A DNA stretch of 47,119 bases, from positions 1 through 47,119 of the IMG/VR virus record IMGVR_UViG_3300044267_003966; one strand, given 5' to 3'. The notes beneath the pieces were generated by a model. That model did not search any database. It was given only the letters and a program-made list of their open reading frames with translations, and was not told the DNA's origin. Positions 9,535 through 19,002 of this stretch are shown one piece after another. The position numbers were made by a program, and so were the translations under genes. The DNA comes from a virus (Duplodnaviria; Caudoviricetes). Within the stretch, counting starts at the first letter, position 1, and each line of letters starts with the position of its first letter.

Positions 9535-9861
9535 CTAGTTAACTGTACTATTTGCACCATCTCCATCACTATCATCTGTATCAGTATCATCTTTACGAAG
9601 ATTATGAGCATCAACAAGTTTTGGTATTCTTACATATCTATTATTAGTATCTAGTATCTCTACTCTCATAATATCAATCATTCTATCAGCTAATTCATAA
9701 TATCTTTGTTTTGATGTTAATGTTTCTGTAGCTGATACTTGATAGTTTTGTTTAGTTGCTGCAATTTCATCTAGACCATCATTCATTAATTGAATAATCA
9801 ATCCTTCAGATTGTCTCCCCATTTGCATCTCTATCATATTTAAAAAGTTTTTAAGTGTCAT
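9535..9861 (-). CDS. Head-tail adaptor-like protein (N-terminal half)
   Basis: MTLKNFLNMIE..IIQLMNDGLDEIA..QRYYEL resembles the adaptor N-terminus. Confidence 0.55.
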   Translation of the reverse strand: MTLKNFLNMIEMQMGRQSEGLIIQLMNDGLDEIAATKQNYQVSATETLTSKQRYYELADRMIDIMRVEILDTNNRYVRIPKLVDAHNLRKDDTDTDDSDGDGANSTVN

Positions 9862-9870
9862 ATTAATCCT

Positions 9871-10371
9871 TTATGCATCTATATCATCTAGTATAGCACA
9901 AATAGTGCATCTAACAGTTCCTGTTGATGTGGCAGCATGTATATCAGCTGCATCAAGACCATCTTTAAATTTTAAAACAATAGCTTCATTTGCACCAATT
10001 TCTAACACATCCCCTGCAGATGCTGCATTACCTGCATCAAGACATACATAAACTTTAGCTGAAGTGGATGTACTTCCATCAGTAGTTCCACTGTTTTTTA
10101 AAAATAAAAATTTTACATGATCTCCAGTTGCTGTAGTGCCACTATCAGTGTATGAAGTCCCACTGGCTATTAAATCAGCACTTGTTCCAGTAATATCCCT
10201 GCTAGTTGAGTAAACCCATTTATCAGCATCATTTGCTTTCTCATATTCTAAGATACCTCCTAAAGTTGATTTTATATCATGATGGATAGCATCAACAGAA
10301 TCTGCATCGTTATCTGCTGCTATAGTTACTACAGGAGTCATTGATACTGCCCCTCTTGCTTTATCTGCCAT
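9871..10371 (-). CDS. Virion structural protein (hypothetical)
   Basis: Within the structural operon; D/T/A-rich beta protein; AGGAG RBS. Confidence 0.65.
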   Translation of the reverse strand: MADKARGAVSMTPVVTIAADNDADSVDAIHHDIKSTLGGILEYEKANDADKWVYSTSRDITGTSADLIASGTSYTDSGTTATGDHVKFLFLKNSGTTDGSTSTSAKVYVCLDAGNAASAGDVLEIGANEAIVLKFKDGLDAADIHAATSTGTVRCTICAILDDIDA

Positions 10372-10386
10372 TTCTTTCTCCTATTG

Positions 10387-11712
10387 TTAAGCTGGAGGTG
10401 CTGCTGCTGGACTTGCTCCACCACCACCCATAGCACCCATCGCTTCGTTAAAATCTGTTCTTAATATTTCTAATTGCTGACCAACCCACTGATACAAGGC
10501 AGTCTGTTTTTGTATTTTTGCATTAAAGTTTTGCAAGTCATTCCCAAACTTAGCCATATTAGATGAGTTTGATGTGCTTACTTTTTGAATTTCAGCTTGA
10601 TATTTCTGTAATGCAGTATCAAAATCAGCTCTATTTTTTTGCAAGTCATTTGTAAATCTAGCTGTCTCACTACTTATTTTTGCATTAAATGCAGATAAGT
10701 CTGAGTTTGTTTGAGATGTTGCTTTCCCTATTTCTTGAGTAAACTTTTGAGTTTCATTCTGCACTCTTTGTGTTTCTGCTCCTAACTGTTGACCATATCT
10801 TGATATTTTTTGAGAATATTCATCAACAGCTTCTCTATATACATTAGCAGCATTATTTACTTTAGCACTATACTCAGATATTTTGGCTTGTATCTTTTGC
10901 CCTCTAGCACCAGATAATTCAGAGTCTTCGTCATCTAAAGCTGTTTCCATTTCTGTAAAATCACTAGCAGTTTCAACGACTTGAGATATATATGTAAAAT
11001 CTGGCTCTGCTGGTAACGAAGGAGCAACAAAAGTAGGGAATGAAGGAACATTGCTTAAATCAATATCTGCAGGAACTGAAGGCATAATGATACCTGCAGG
11101 AGCAGTATATGTAGGCAATGATGTAGATATAGTCTCTATTACAGGGACTGATAAATCAGAAGGCAAATTAGAATTGATTTCTACTAGCTTTCTTTCACAC
11201 ACCCTTATACCAACATACAATATAACAATATGTCTTGTTTTTATAGGTAAATTAGGTACTTCAGTGGCACTTGTTATATCATAGTTATTACTACCACTAG
11301 CAGCAAAAGATTGATAGTTCCTGTATTTTATTTTAGCTCCATTACTATCAGGTGTTGGGATAACAGTTAATGCCCCATCTTCTATATACCATGCAGGGTC
11401 TGTTGCAGTAGCCTCTTCATAATACCCAGATGAAGCTGCATACTTATAAACACTATCTATAGGTATTTTTCTGCATTGAAAAGCATTTGTGCCATTGCTT
11501 CTAGTTACAAGTAAAATGTCGTCTTCAGATAAATTAACAGCAGAGAATGTACCTGTTGTTATTTCAGAAGTAGCTGACTGAGTTAAAGCTGAAGATGAAG
11601 GCAGGTTAGCAACAACCATTCTGTGGCCCTCAGTAAAAAAATCAGCAACAGCAGCATCGTCAGAAAAATCTATATTTGTTAGATTGTTAACTTGTTCTTT
11701 TAAACTCTCCAT
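10387..11712 (-). CDS. Adaptor/tail tubular A-like protein with long C-terminal coiled coil
   Basis: PAWYI..LTVIPTP..HIVILYV adaptor-like N-domain, Pro-rich linker, ~170 aa Q/A/S coiled coil. Confidence 0.55.
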   Translation of the reverse strand: MESLKEQVNNLTNIDFSDDAAVADFFTEGHRMVVANLPSSSALTQSATSEITTGTFSAVNLSEDDILLVTRSNGTNAFQCRKIPIDSVYKYAASSGYYEEATATDPAWYIEDGALTVIPTPDSNGAKIKYRNYQSFAASGSNNYDITSATEVPNLPIKTRHIVILYVGIRVCERKLVEINSNLPSDLSVPVIETISTSLPTYTAPAGIIMPSVPADIDLSNVPSFPTFVAPSLPAEPDFTYISQVVETASDFTEMETALDDEDSELSGARGQKIQAKISEYSAKVNNAANVYREAVDEYSQKISRYGQQLGAETQRVQNETQKFTQEIGKATSQTNSDLSAFNAKISSETARFTNDLQKNRADFDTALQKYQAEIQKVSTSNSSNMAKFGNDLQNFNAKIQKQTALYQWVGQQLEILRTDFNEAMGAMGGGGASPAAAPPA

Positions 11713-11906
11713 TATCTTCCTTTATTCCTGTCTGCTATATCTTGATCTATTGTAGTCTGGCTAAATTCAACTTGAGTCTGTCCTGACCATGTTTTTCTCA
11801 TATTGACATAATCAGCACAATAATTGCTTTTTAGTTCAACTTTATTTGTAGACTCTTCAATAGGAACTACTTCTTTTTTATTTTTATCGTATACAAAAAT
11901 AGCCAT
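11712..11906 (-). CDS. Hypothetical protein, 64 aa
   Basis: Coupled ORF in structural operon. Confidence 0.7.
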   Translation of the reverse strand: MAIFVYDKNKKEVVPIEESTNKVELKSNYCADYVNMRKTWSGQTQVEFSQTTIDQDIADRNKGR

Positions 11907-12154
11907 TATTTTTTCTCTTTTTTAACTTTGCCTCCATATCCATATCCTTGGATATTTTGACTTCTAAATAATGCATCTGCAATACCACCACTTGCAAATC
12001 CCTGCATGTCATCAGGAAGCATAGTGTTTTTCATGTCGACAACTCCACCTGCTTGATACCCTGATACTGCCTGCCCAGTTTCTTCTGCATATGCTTTAGC
12101 TTTTGCCTTACCTGCTTTATCATACGAAAATTCTTTCTTTCCTGCTTTTGGCAT
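11906..12154 (-). CDS. Small basic protein with three (Y/F)xxGG motifs
   Basis: GAGGAGG RBS; YQAGG, FASGG, YGYGG. Confidence 0.75.
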   Translation of the reverse strand: MPKAGKKEFSYDKAGKAKAKAYAEETGQAVSGYQAGGVVDMKNTMLPDDMQGFASGGIADALFRSQNIQGYGYGGKVKKEKK

Positions 12155-12181
12155 AATGCCTCCTCATTAAGTGTTTATCTA

Positions 12182-12391
12182 TTAATTGTCTTCTAACAAC
12201 ACTAATGTCATCACATGACTTCCATTGTTAATTGTTGTAGAAGTTATATTTAATTGAGTTGTAATGTCTGCTGTCCCAATATGTGTACTTACAAAATCTT
12301 GGACATCTTCAGCTAATTTGCCATCAGCATCGCCAGCATCACTCTTTAAACTATTTGTGTCGTGAATAAAAACTTTACATTGTATAGCCAT
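12182..12391 (-). CDS. Hypothetical protein, 69 aa
   Basis: GGAG RBS; structural operon. Confidence 0.7.
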   Translation of the reverse strand: MAIQCKVFIHDTNSLKSDAGDADGKLAEDVQDFVSTHIGTADITTQLNITSTTINNGSHVMTLVLLEDN

Positions 12392-12421
12392 TTATTTCTC
12401 CAGTTAATTGTTGAATTTTTA

Positions 12422-12466
12422 TGGGATTCGTGAGGAGCCTGTTATTGACTCCCCACACAGTTCCCA
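12422..12466 (-). other. Long interrupted hairpin downstream of capsid genes
   Basis: Minus strand TGGGA..GTGGGGAGT-loop-GCTCCTCAC..TCCCA; no 3' U-tract. Confidence 0.6.
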
Positions 12467-12493
12467 AAAACTGTTGTCTATAAAATAGACTAG

Positions 12494-12949
12494 TTAAGCA
12501 AGTTGTGCTCCATCATCTAGTTTTGTAGTCCCTTGTACAAAATAATTTGTACCATTAGACCATATATCAAATGTATCACCAACAGTATCAGTTGCATTAG
12601 GGAGTGTAATAGTTGTATGACCTGTGCTGCTTGGGCCATCAGTATTAGTATCAGTCTCTAATTCATTGATTTGAGATACAATTATATTTGTATCGTATGT
12701 TGTATTTTCTGTTATGATATAATCATTAGATGTGCAGTTTGTGCCAACAACAATCTTGCAGTACCATCCTGGAGGAACAGAAGCTATTGAGGGTAGAGTT
12801 ACTGTAAACCCTGCTGCGAGGTCAAGTGTAAACACTTTTCCACTATCATCTATATCTAAAGACTTGGCTGCTGTGATTGATTCGTAAGGCAACAAATCGT
12901 ATTGCTTGCCATAGTTACCACTACTTGAGTTTAATACATCACTTCTCAT
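12494..12949 (-). CDS. Capsid decoration/auxiliary protein (likely start MRSDVLN at 12949)
   Basis: Directly after MCP with GGAGG RBS; DSGKVFTL..FTVTLP motif. Confidence 0.65.
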   Translation of the reverse strand: MRSDVLNSSSGNYGKQYDLLPYESITAAKSLDIDDSGKVFTLDLAAGFTVTLPSIASVPPGWYCKIVVGTNCTSNDYIITENTTYDTNIIVSQINELETDTNTDGPSSTGHTTITLPNATDTVGDTFDIWSNGTNYFVQGTTKLDDGAQLA

Positions 12950-12950
12950 A

Positions 12951-14291
12951 TTAGATTGCCTCCACATTTATGACTGCATGACTTTCAGGAAGAGATATTT
13001 CAAGACCTGCTTCAGTCAATATCATATCTTTTCTTAAATCTTCATCAGCCTGTTGAACATTTGTTGTTATAGAGGTATCTCTATTAACACCATTTCCAAC
13101 AAGTGGCCTGTATGAAACATGATCAAGGTCAACAAAGCACATAAGTCCTGAAGAATTATTCCTGAACAATGGTTCTTTCACTAAAGAACAATCACCATGA
13201 ACAGTTTCAATTTTCATGATCTTATGACCAAATGCACCAGTGCTTCTTTCAAACACATATCTTTCTTCACCAGCCATTGAACCTGTAACAAATCCACCAA
13301 GCTTGTTAAAATGAGATATTACTGGAAGAGATGCCAAGCATAATTTATTGCTTGAACCACCCCTTGCAGGATCATACATCACTTCAAAAGCACCAAGTAG
13401 GTTATCATAGGTCATTTCACTTGTTGCCCATCCACCTAAATAAGGCTTATCTTCAGCATATGCAGCTAAAGCTCCACCACCAGTATTAGTACCATTTTGT
13501 AGTATATGGCCAACAATACCTTCAGTATATTGGATACCACCTTGAGAACCTCTCATTCCAAAAAGCATTGATCGTTCAATATCAACTTTATGCTCTCTTA
13601 GTTTAAGATTCCAAAGTCTCTGCCATTCATCAGCATAGCCTCTGTAAACAGTAGCTCTAGCTGTATTAGACATCTCACAAGCTGTTTTAAAGATCTGGGT
13701 ATATCCATAATCATTATCTAGCTCTTGAGACCATACATCTGGAGCACCAGAACCTTCTGCAAAAGAAGTTCCAATTACAACACAATCAGCATTATCATCA
13801 AGTGTTGTTGTTGCAGCACCAGCAGTAGCAGCAATTGTTGTAACACCTATCGTAGTATCAGAATCATTGTGTGTAACACTTTCTATCCTACCTGTTGCTC
13901 TAGTTACAGACTCTGTATCTGTGCCACCATCAAGGTTGACATTTTGTGCAAATTCAACAACCATGCCTTTGATTAGCCAGTTAACAGCTGCACCTCCAAC
14001 ATCTACAAGAACATTGGTAGACTGCCCTGGAACAGCCAGTGTCTGACCTCCATCGATTTTAAAGCTTCTATCTGTAATAGAAACTTTTGTTCTGTCTTCC
14101 AAGAACCTAAACTGTGAATCAGATGTAGGTACTTTTCCAACTTTTGATAAGTATACGAAAAATGGTGACTCTTCTGGGGCTAGATCAGCGACTCTATCAC
14201 TAAAATCATACAGTCTTCTTGATGGTATAGTACTATCAATGACTGCACCAGGAGTACCAAATTTCACTTGTCCACTATTATAAGTAGCCAT
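12951..14291 (-). CDS. Major capsid protein (HK97 fold, DUF5309/SU10-like)
   Basis: Follows scaffold; IGTSFAEGS, GYTQIFKT, REHKVDIERSMLFG, DMILTEAGLEI. Confidence 0.9.
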   Translation of the reverse strand: MATYNSGQVKFGTPGAVIDSTIPSRRLYDFSDRVADLAPEESPFFVYLSKVGKVPTSDSQFRFLEDRTKVSITDRSFKIDGGQTLAVPGQSTNVLVDVGGAAVNWLIKGMVVEFAQNVNLDGGTDTESVTRATGRIESVTHNDSDTTIGVTTIAATAGAATTTLDDNADCVVIGTSFAEGSGAPDVWSQELDNDYGYTQIFKTACEMSNTARATVYRGYADEWQRLWNLKLREHKVDIERSMLFGMRGSQGGIQYTEGIVGHILQNGTNTGGGALAAYAEDKPYLGGWATSEMTYDNLLGAFEVMYDPARGGSSNKLCLASLPVISHFNKLGGFVTGSMAGEERYVFERSTGAFGHKIMKIETVHGDCSLVKEPLFRNNSSGLMCFVDLDHVSYRPLVGNGVNRDTSITTNVQQADEDLRKDMILTEAGLEISLPESHAVINVEAI

Positions 14292-14321
14292 TTTTCTCTC
14301 CTATTGTATTTTAATTAACAA

Positions 14322-15065
14322 TTAAAGTACTTTATTTCTACTCCCTGCAGCTACTATACCATCCCACATCTTATCAGATTCGCTCTTTCTCTCTGGTTGT
14401 TGTCCTTGAAGAACACCAGCCTGTGGAGTAGATTGAATTTCCCTGACTTGATCTAAGTTAGCATTGTTAGCAGTTGCTGGTTCAGAAACAATAGATCGCC
14501 ACATTTTCAACACATTATCAATACCATAGCTAGCAGGGTGTCTATCTGCAAATTCTACAAAAGATGCTATTTCCTGTGGGTTTAAACCTCTCGCTGATAA
14601 ATCAGCTTGCAGTTTAGACATACCAGCAGTTTTTTGCATTTCTGCTTCCATTGCTCCTACTCTTTGCTGTACAGCACTATTAATCTGTTGAGCCTGTTGC
14701 TGTTCTCTGTACTTGTACGATTTAGATGAAGGGTCATTAAAGGCTTCCCATGGATCAAATTCATCAGCTGTTAACTGTATTTCTGGTTGGCCACTTGAAA
14801 CAGTATTAGGATTTGCAGCTTTTTCCTGCATAGCCTTTACTAAATCTGGTCGTGACTCCAAAAATTCACCCAGTTGTTTGTATTTATGCAGCTGTTGATT
14901 TTCAGCAGCAAGTTTGTCCTTTTCAGATTGAAAGTATTTTGCTGATTGTTCCCAATCTACAGGATTCTCGCTGGTTTGAGTCTCTACATCTTGCCCTACA
15001 CCATCAATGGGGTCACCTTGAAGATGTCCATCTACTTGTGTGTTGTTATTATCTTGAGTCATCAC
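14322..15065 (-). CDS. Capsid scaffolding protein
   Basis: Between portal and MCP; acidic N-terminus, Q-rich coiled coil, YFQSEKDK. Confidence 0.75.
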   Translation of the reverse strand: MMTQDNNNTQVDGHLQGDPIDGVGQDVETQTSENPVDWEQSAKYFQSEKDKLAAENQQLHKYKQLGEFLESRPDLVKAMQEKAANPNTVSSGQPEIQLTADEFDPWEAFNDPSSKSYKYREQQQAQQINSAVQQRVGAMEAEMQKTAGMSKLQADLSARGLNPQEIASFVEFADRHPASYGIDNVLKMWRSIVSEPATANNANLDQVREIQSTPQAGVLQGQQPERKSESDKMWDGIVAAGSRNKVL

Positions 15066-15102
15066 TTTCTCCTATTTTGTGCCATTTCTCAAAAAACTTG
15101 AG

Positions 15103-17097
15103 CTAACTACCTTTTTCCTGTAATTTCTCTTTTTCGAGTTTAACAGCATCATTGAATCGCCTTGCAGATATGACTTGTTCTGATTTTGATGACAATTCAT
15201 GTTCTTTAAGACGAGCTTTAAATTTCTCAACTTCAGTCCTTTTTCGTGATGCAACTTGCTCTCTTTCAGCAGTCTGAAGGTCTCCTGCAAGTTTCTTGAT
15301 CTGCTCTTGAGCTCCCTGAAGTTGTTGTTGTAATTGTGCAATTGCATCTGTTCTTTGCATGATACCCTCTTTATCAAATATTTCTGTCTTCTTGAGAGCT
15401 TCATGCTTATCAATAAGACCAGACTGATATGCCTGCATATAGATATCCCACTCACCCCATTTATTAGAAGGCATAGTAGAGTTACCTATAACACGAATAT
15501 CGAACTGACCTATAGTTATATCATTTTCAATAGTTTGTAATTCTTTTGTTTTATCATCATACATTTTTTTATTGACCATATATTCAGTGATATCATTATT
15601 AGGTTGTGCAATTCTGAATATTTTGTAATAATTGTAATGATTCTTAGATAAATTGTATATCACACGACCTAACCTCTTCAAACTTCCCTCTATATCCCTT
15701 AGTTTAGATTTAGATCGTCTTTGCCCAAAATCTTCCATCATCATAGTCCCAGATGAAGTTTTTGGTGCAGCCTCTGCATTTCCTTGCTGCATTTCAAAAA
15801 TACCCATATTTAAATCAATATATTTTTCAATCATTCGAGGTAATTCAATAATCGAGTTAGATAATTGTTGTGGTGCAGGAAAGTGAGGTTCCCCTAAAGA
15901 TGCATCATATTCTATTGTAGCATTAGGGTTGGCCCAATCCCTTTCAAGTTCTTCCATATCTTGAATTGAGCCTTGAGGTACGAGGAGTTTTAACCCTGAT
16001 GATGATTGGGCATGAGATGTAATAAGGGATACCATCTTATTGAGGAACCTCTGAAAATCTTTATTCTTCCTTACATCACTCATTGGATAAGGAGTATTTG
16101 TCCATATATTTGGAAGTGGTATTATTGGATAAATATCTGTATCTAAAATCCTCTCATATAAAACAACCTGCCCAACACTGCAACATAATTTTATTCTTGT
16201 TTGCAAGACTTCTACGAAATCAACAAGATTTTTATCCATCATTAATCTAAATTTATCATCTTGAAGTTTTATCTGCATTTCTGCATTAGTTATAATCTGT
16301 TCATCGCCAGTCTGTGTATTTAGCAATCTAAAATATGGCATTTTAACTTTTGAGTAATGCTCAAGTATTCTATATTTTTCCCCAGCAGAGTTGCCATAAT
16401 CATAATCTTTTACCACATCTGGAGTAAATGAGCCTTTACTTCTAACATTACTTGCTGCAGGATAGTCATCATCATCAGTCATGGTTTCTACTTCATCTAG
16501 CAGTAAAGTCCCCTCATCATCGATAGGCTCAGACAGTTTTGGGTATAAATCTTTTATTTGGCTTTTTGTGAGTATAGTTGATACTATCATAGATGAGGCA
16601 TCATCAAAATATCTATGCCTTGCATTAGGATCAACATAAACTCTAAAAGGATCTAAGTTTGTAAATTTTATCTCTCCTCTGCCATAATCAGCCTCAACAT
16701 CTGTATATGCATAAAAATATCCAAGACCAGTAACAGCATAATCATGAACTGCTTGCTTAAACATCTCATCTCCATCTGATACATCCCATATATACTCTAA
16801 TATAGTTTTCCATACCTTGGATAGCTTGACATCAGAGTCTTCTCTAGGGGCAGCACTAAATTTTGGAGGTTTAGAGGTAATAATGGCCTTAAACTGCTCA
16901 ATAGCAGAATATAGCCTATCAACTGGTGTGCTCGATTGATTTCTTGAATCTAGCTCATCTTGTTCACTGGGATCAAAATGATTCCCTAGATAAAAATCGA
17001 TATCCTCTCTAGCTTGAGTATCCCAGTCAGATCTAGCACTCTGCCATCGTCTGAACAGCTCTTGTGCTTCAATCGCTCTTTTATCCTTTTGAATCAT
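15103..17097 (-). CDS. Portal protein (P22-like with C-terminal coiled-coil barrel)
   Basis: Follows TerL; DIDFYLGNH, LDPFRVYVDP, YPIIP, Q-rich C-terminal coil. Confidence 0.9.
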   Translation of the reverse strand: MIQKDKRAIEAQELFRRWQSARSDWDTQAREDIDFYLGNHFDPSEQDELDSRNQSSTPVDRLYSAIEQFKAIITSKPPKFSAAPREDSDVKLSKVWKTILEYIWDVSDGDEMFKQAVHDYAVTGLGYFYAYTDVEADYGRGEIKFTNLDPFRVYVDPNARHRYFDDASSMIVSTILTKSQIKDLYPKLSEPIDDEGTLLLDEVETMTDDDDYPAASNVRSKGSFTPDVVKDYDYGNSAGEKYRILEHYSKVKMPYFRLLNTQTGDEQIITNAEMQIKLQDDKFRLMMDKNLVDFVEVLQTRIKLCCSVGQVVLYERILDTDIYPIIPLPNIWTNTPYPMSDVRKNKDFQRFLNKMVSLITSHAQSSSGLKLLVPQGSIQDMEELERDWANPNATIEYDASLGEPHFPAPQQLSNSIIELPRMIEKYIDLNMGIFEMQQGNAEAAPKTSSGTMMMEDFGQRRSKSKLRDIEGSLKRLGRVIYNLSKNHYNYYKIFRIAQPNNDITEYMVNKKMYDDKTKELQTIENDITIGQFDIRVIGNSTMPSNKWGEWDIYMQAYQSGLIDKHEALKKTEIFDKEGIMQRTDAIAQLQQQLQGAQEQIKKLAGDLQTAEREQVASRKRTEVEKFKARLKEHELSSKSEQVISARRFNDAVKLEKEKLQEKGS

Positions 17098-17103
17098 GGT
17101 CGT

Positions 17104-17132
17104 AATTTATAACATTTATTATTGTTATGCAA
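17104..17132 (-). promoter_or_regulatory. sigma70-type promoter for portal/capsid operon
   Basis: TTGCAT-N17-TAAATT, 6 nt before the portal ATG. Confidence 0.6.
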
Positions 17133-17133
17133 A

Positions 17134-18702
17134 TTATCTCCTAGCTCCAGTAATCCAGTTATAAACCTTTTTAGGTTTAAGCCAGTTACCTTTAGCATTT
17201 TTTTCTTTCTTTTTATTGGCTGCTTTAGGATTTCCTCTGGCAAACTGAGTCGATAGCCAGAAGGCATCGATACAGTCATCATGTGTGCCCTTAGGAAAAT
17301 CCAGCAGCTCACCTATTAATTCGTGCATATTCTTCTTTAAATGTACTGCACCAGCTTTAAACATGGGCTGCAAGCCTTCAAATAGCCTGTCTTTCTTTTT
17401 CTGGTTCCCATAGCCCTTAATGCCCTTTTCTATTCCAGGTAGAAATATTCCTTCTTTTTTACTTCGTTTGTGCACATAATCTCTTAACATCTCCTGATAT
17501 GATATTGTTTCTATGTTTATTCGTCTGATAGGGCTATATCGTTCAGCGATTTTAAATATCTCATCTGCACAGTCCATGGGTAACACTCTTTTTCTCCAGT
17601 ATTCAAGAATGTAGTAATCATTGTCCTTAGTAACCCCAATAACCATAATAACACTATAATCGTTCCTAGCACCAAGTGTAGAGGCAGGATCCACACCAAT
17701 GTAAATATTAATGTACTCAGTGTCTCCATTTTCAAATTTAATGTACCACGAATCACATTCTTCGTCAAATCTAGCATTTCCTGTATAAAAGTTTTCATTT
17801 ATGTCCTCCTCTGAAAATATTTGATCTTCAGGAGATTTAGCCTGATTCATGTATTCTTGGTAGAATTTAGCAGGAGTCCCTGAATCTATGTAAAATTGCT
17901 TTCTTTCTTCTAATTTGGTTAAAGGCCACCTACTAGGCCATAATGGAGTACCATCATCAAGGATAGCTTTGTAGGTAACAACATCCCAAGAAAACTCTTC
18001 ACCAGTCTTTTTTGCATCACTATGTCCCTTAACAATGCCATTCAAGAAGCTATCATAGTGAACAATCGTACCATTACACCATAAAAACCCATTTTTGTCG
18101 AAATCGATCGCTGGGTACACTGCAGCAGTAACCCAGTCCTTAATATGCCTTCTTGCATCAGGAGTCTTAGTATTCAGCTCAGATTCGAAGTCATCAAGGA
18201 TAATACCAGTATATCTGGTAGAAAACTGCTTTTTACCTCTCAATCTCTGGGCAGTACCCTTTGCTATCATTCTGCACCCATTTGTAAGGGTAAATTCAGT
18301 TTTTGTCCATTTATCGCCTTCAAGGTCGCCAAAATAGTAATGAATAGCTGGATTGTCGTAAATATGATTTTGTATCCAGGCCAAGTTGTCTTGAGCTTGA
18401 TCTTGAGCCTCACCAACCCATGCAATGAACTCAGGCCTTTCTTTTGTAGCAAATAAGAATCTATGCATGACAGCACAGGCTGCTAAAGTCGATTTTGCAT
18501 GATCTCTAGGCAAAACAAGAGCTAATTGCTGCTTTTCCTTATCTAAAAGGTGTTTGCCCATCTCATAGTGGAACTTAGGTGATTTTGTTGCTAAAAAGTC
18601 TTGAGGTGAAAATAGTTTGCCAAATGCTATTAAATCATTGTAAGCAAGATGAAGAATCTCTTCATTCTTCGAAATATTGCCATTTAGATTTAAATTAGCC
18701 AT
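17134..18702 (-). CDS. terL: Terminase large subunit
   Basis: Walker A-like LPRDHAKST, LRG, Walker B IILDDFE, GT coupling motif, YQEY, nuclease IGVDPA and HDDCIDA. Confidence 0.95.
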   Translation of the reverse strand: MANLNLNGNISKNEEILHLAYNDLIAFGKLFSPQDFLATKSPKFHYEMGKHLLDKEKQQLALVLPRDHAKSTLAACAVMHRFLFATKERPEFIAWVGEAQDQAQDNLAWIQNHIYDNPAIHYYFGDLEGDKWTKTEFTLTNGCRMIAKGTAQRLRGKKQFSTRYTGIILDDFESELNTKTPDARRHIKDWVTAAVYPAIDFDKNGFLWCNGTIVHYDSFLNGIVKGHSDAKKTGEEFSWDVVTYKAILDDGTPLWPSRWPLTKLEERKQFYIDSGTPAKFYQEYMNQAKSPEDQIFSEEDINENFYTGNARFDEECDSWYIKFENGDTEYINIYIGVDPASTLGARNDYSVIMVIGVTKDNDYYILEYWRKRVLPMDCADEIFKIAERYSPIRRINIETISYQEMLRDYVHKRSKKEGIFLPGIEKGIKGYGNQKKKDRLFEGLQPMFKAGAVHLKKNMHELIGELLDFPKGTHDDCIDAFWLSTQFARGNPKAANKKKEKNAKGNWLKPKKVYNWITGARR

Positions 18703-18719
18703 CTAGAAGTTTATTTAAT

Positions 18720-18896
18720 TTATTTTCCAGCCACTCGTAAACTATCCTCACTCCTTTGAATGAAAGGTTGTATATGCTTGTGATCAGCAAGACAGTGGGT
18801 TGGACAACTATATTGTATAATTTTTGCTTCATAAACTTTTTTAGACTCCCCAAGGGCTACAATCACACAAAATATGATTATTGCCCCCCAGTTCAT
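18720..18896 (-). CDS. Small membrane-anchored protein with CPxxCxxDHxH, 58 aa (not in ORF track)
   Basis: MNWGAIIIFCVIVALGESKKVYEAKIIQYSCPTHCLADHKH...; GGAGG RBS. Confidence 0.65.
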   Translation of the reverse strand: MNWGAIIIFCVIVALGESKKVYEAKIIQYSCPTHCLADHKHIQPFIQRSEDSLRVAGK

Positions 18897-18909
18897 CTAT
18901 CCCTCCATT

Positions 18910-19002
18910 TTAATTATTAAAAAATACGAACATTATCCCCATGATGACTTTATCAAGTATCCAAAGAAGGATAAGTATACTAAGTTTATTGCTTGAGCTC
19001 AA
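18910..19002 (-). CDS. Tiny hydrophobic protein (~30 aa) next to endolysin
   Basis: TTG start; SSSNKLSILILLWILDKVIMGIMFVFFNN. Confidence 0.4.
   Translation of the reverse strand: MSSSNKLSILILLWILDKVIMGIMFVFFNN

Noticed and set aside
12494-12967. MCP read-through/frameshift extension (ORF-track overlap)
   Set aside because: The downstream gene has its own GGAGG RBS and ATG at 12949; no slippery site is apparent.
15072-15455. Alternative-frame ORFs in portal/terL (also 17094-17312, 17517-17798)
   Set aside because: Nested in strong genes without start signals or recognisable content.
18720-18896. Programmed -1 frameshift at the A6G run
   Set aside because: Careful recount shows one intact 58-aa ORF; no shift is needed.
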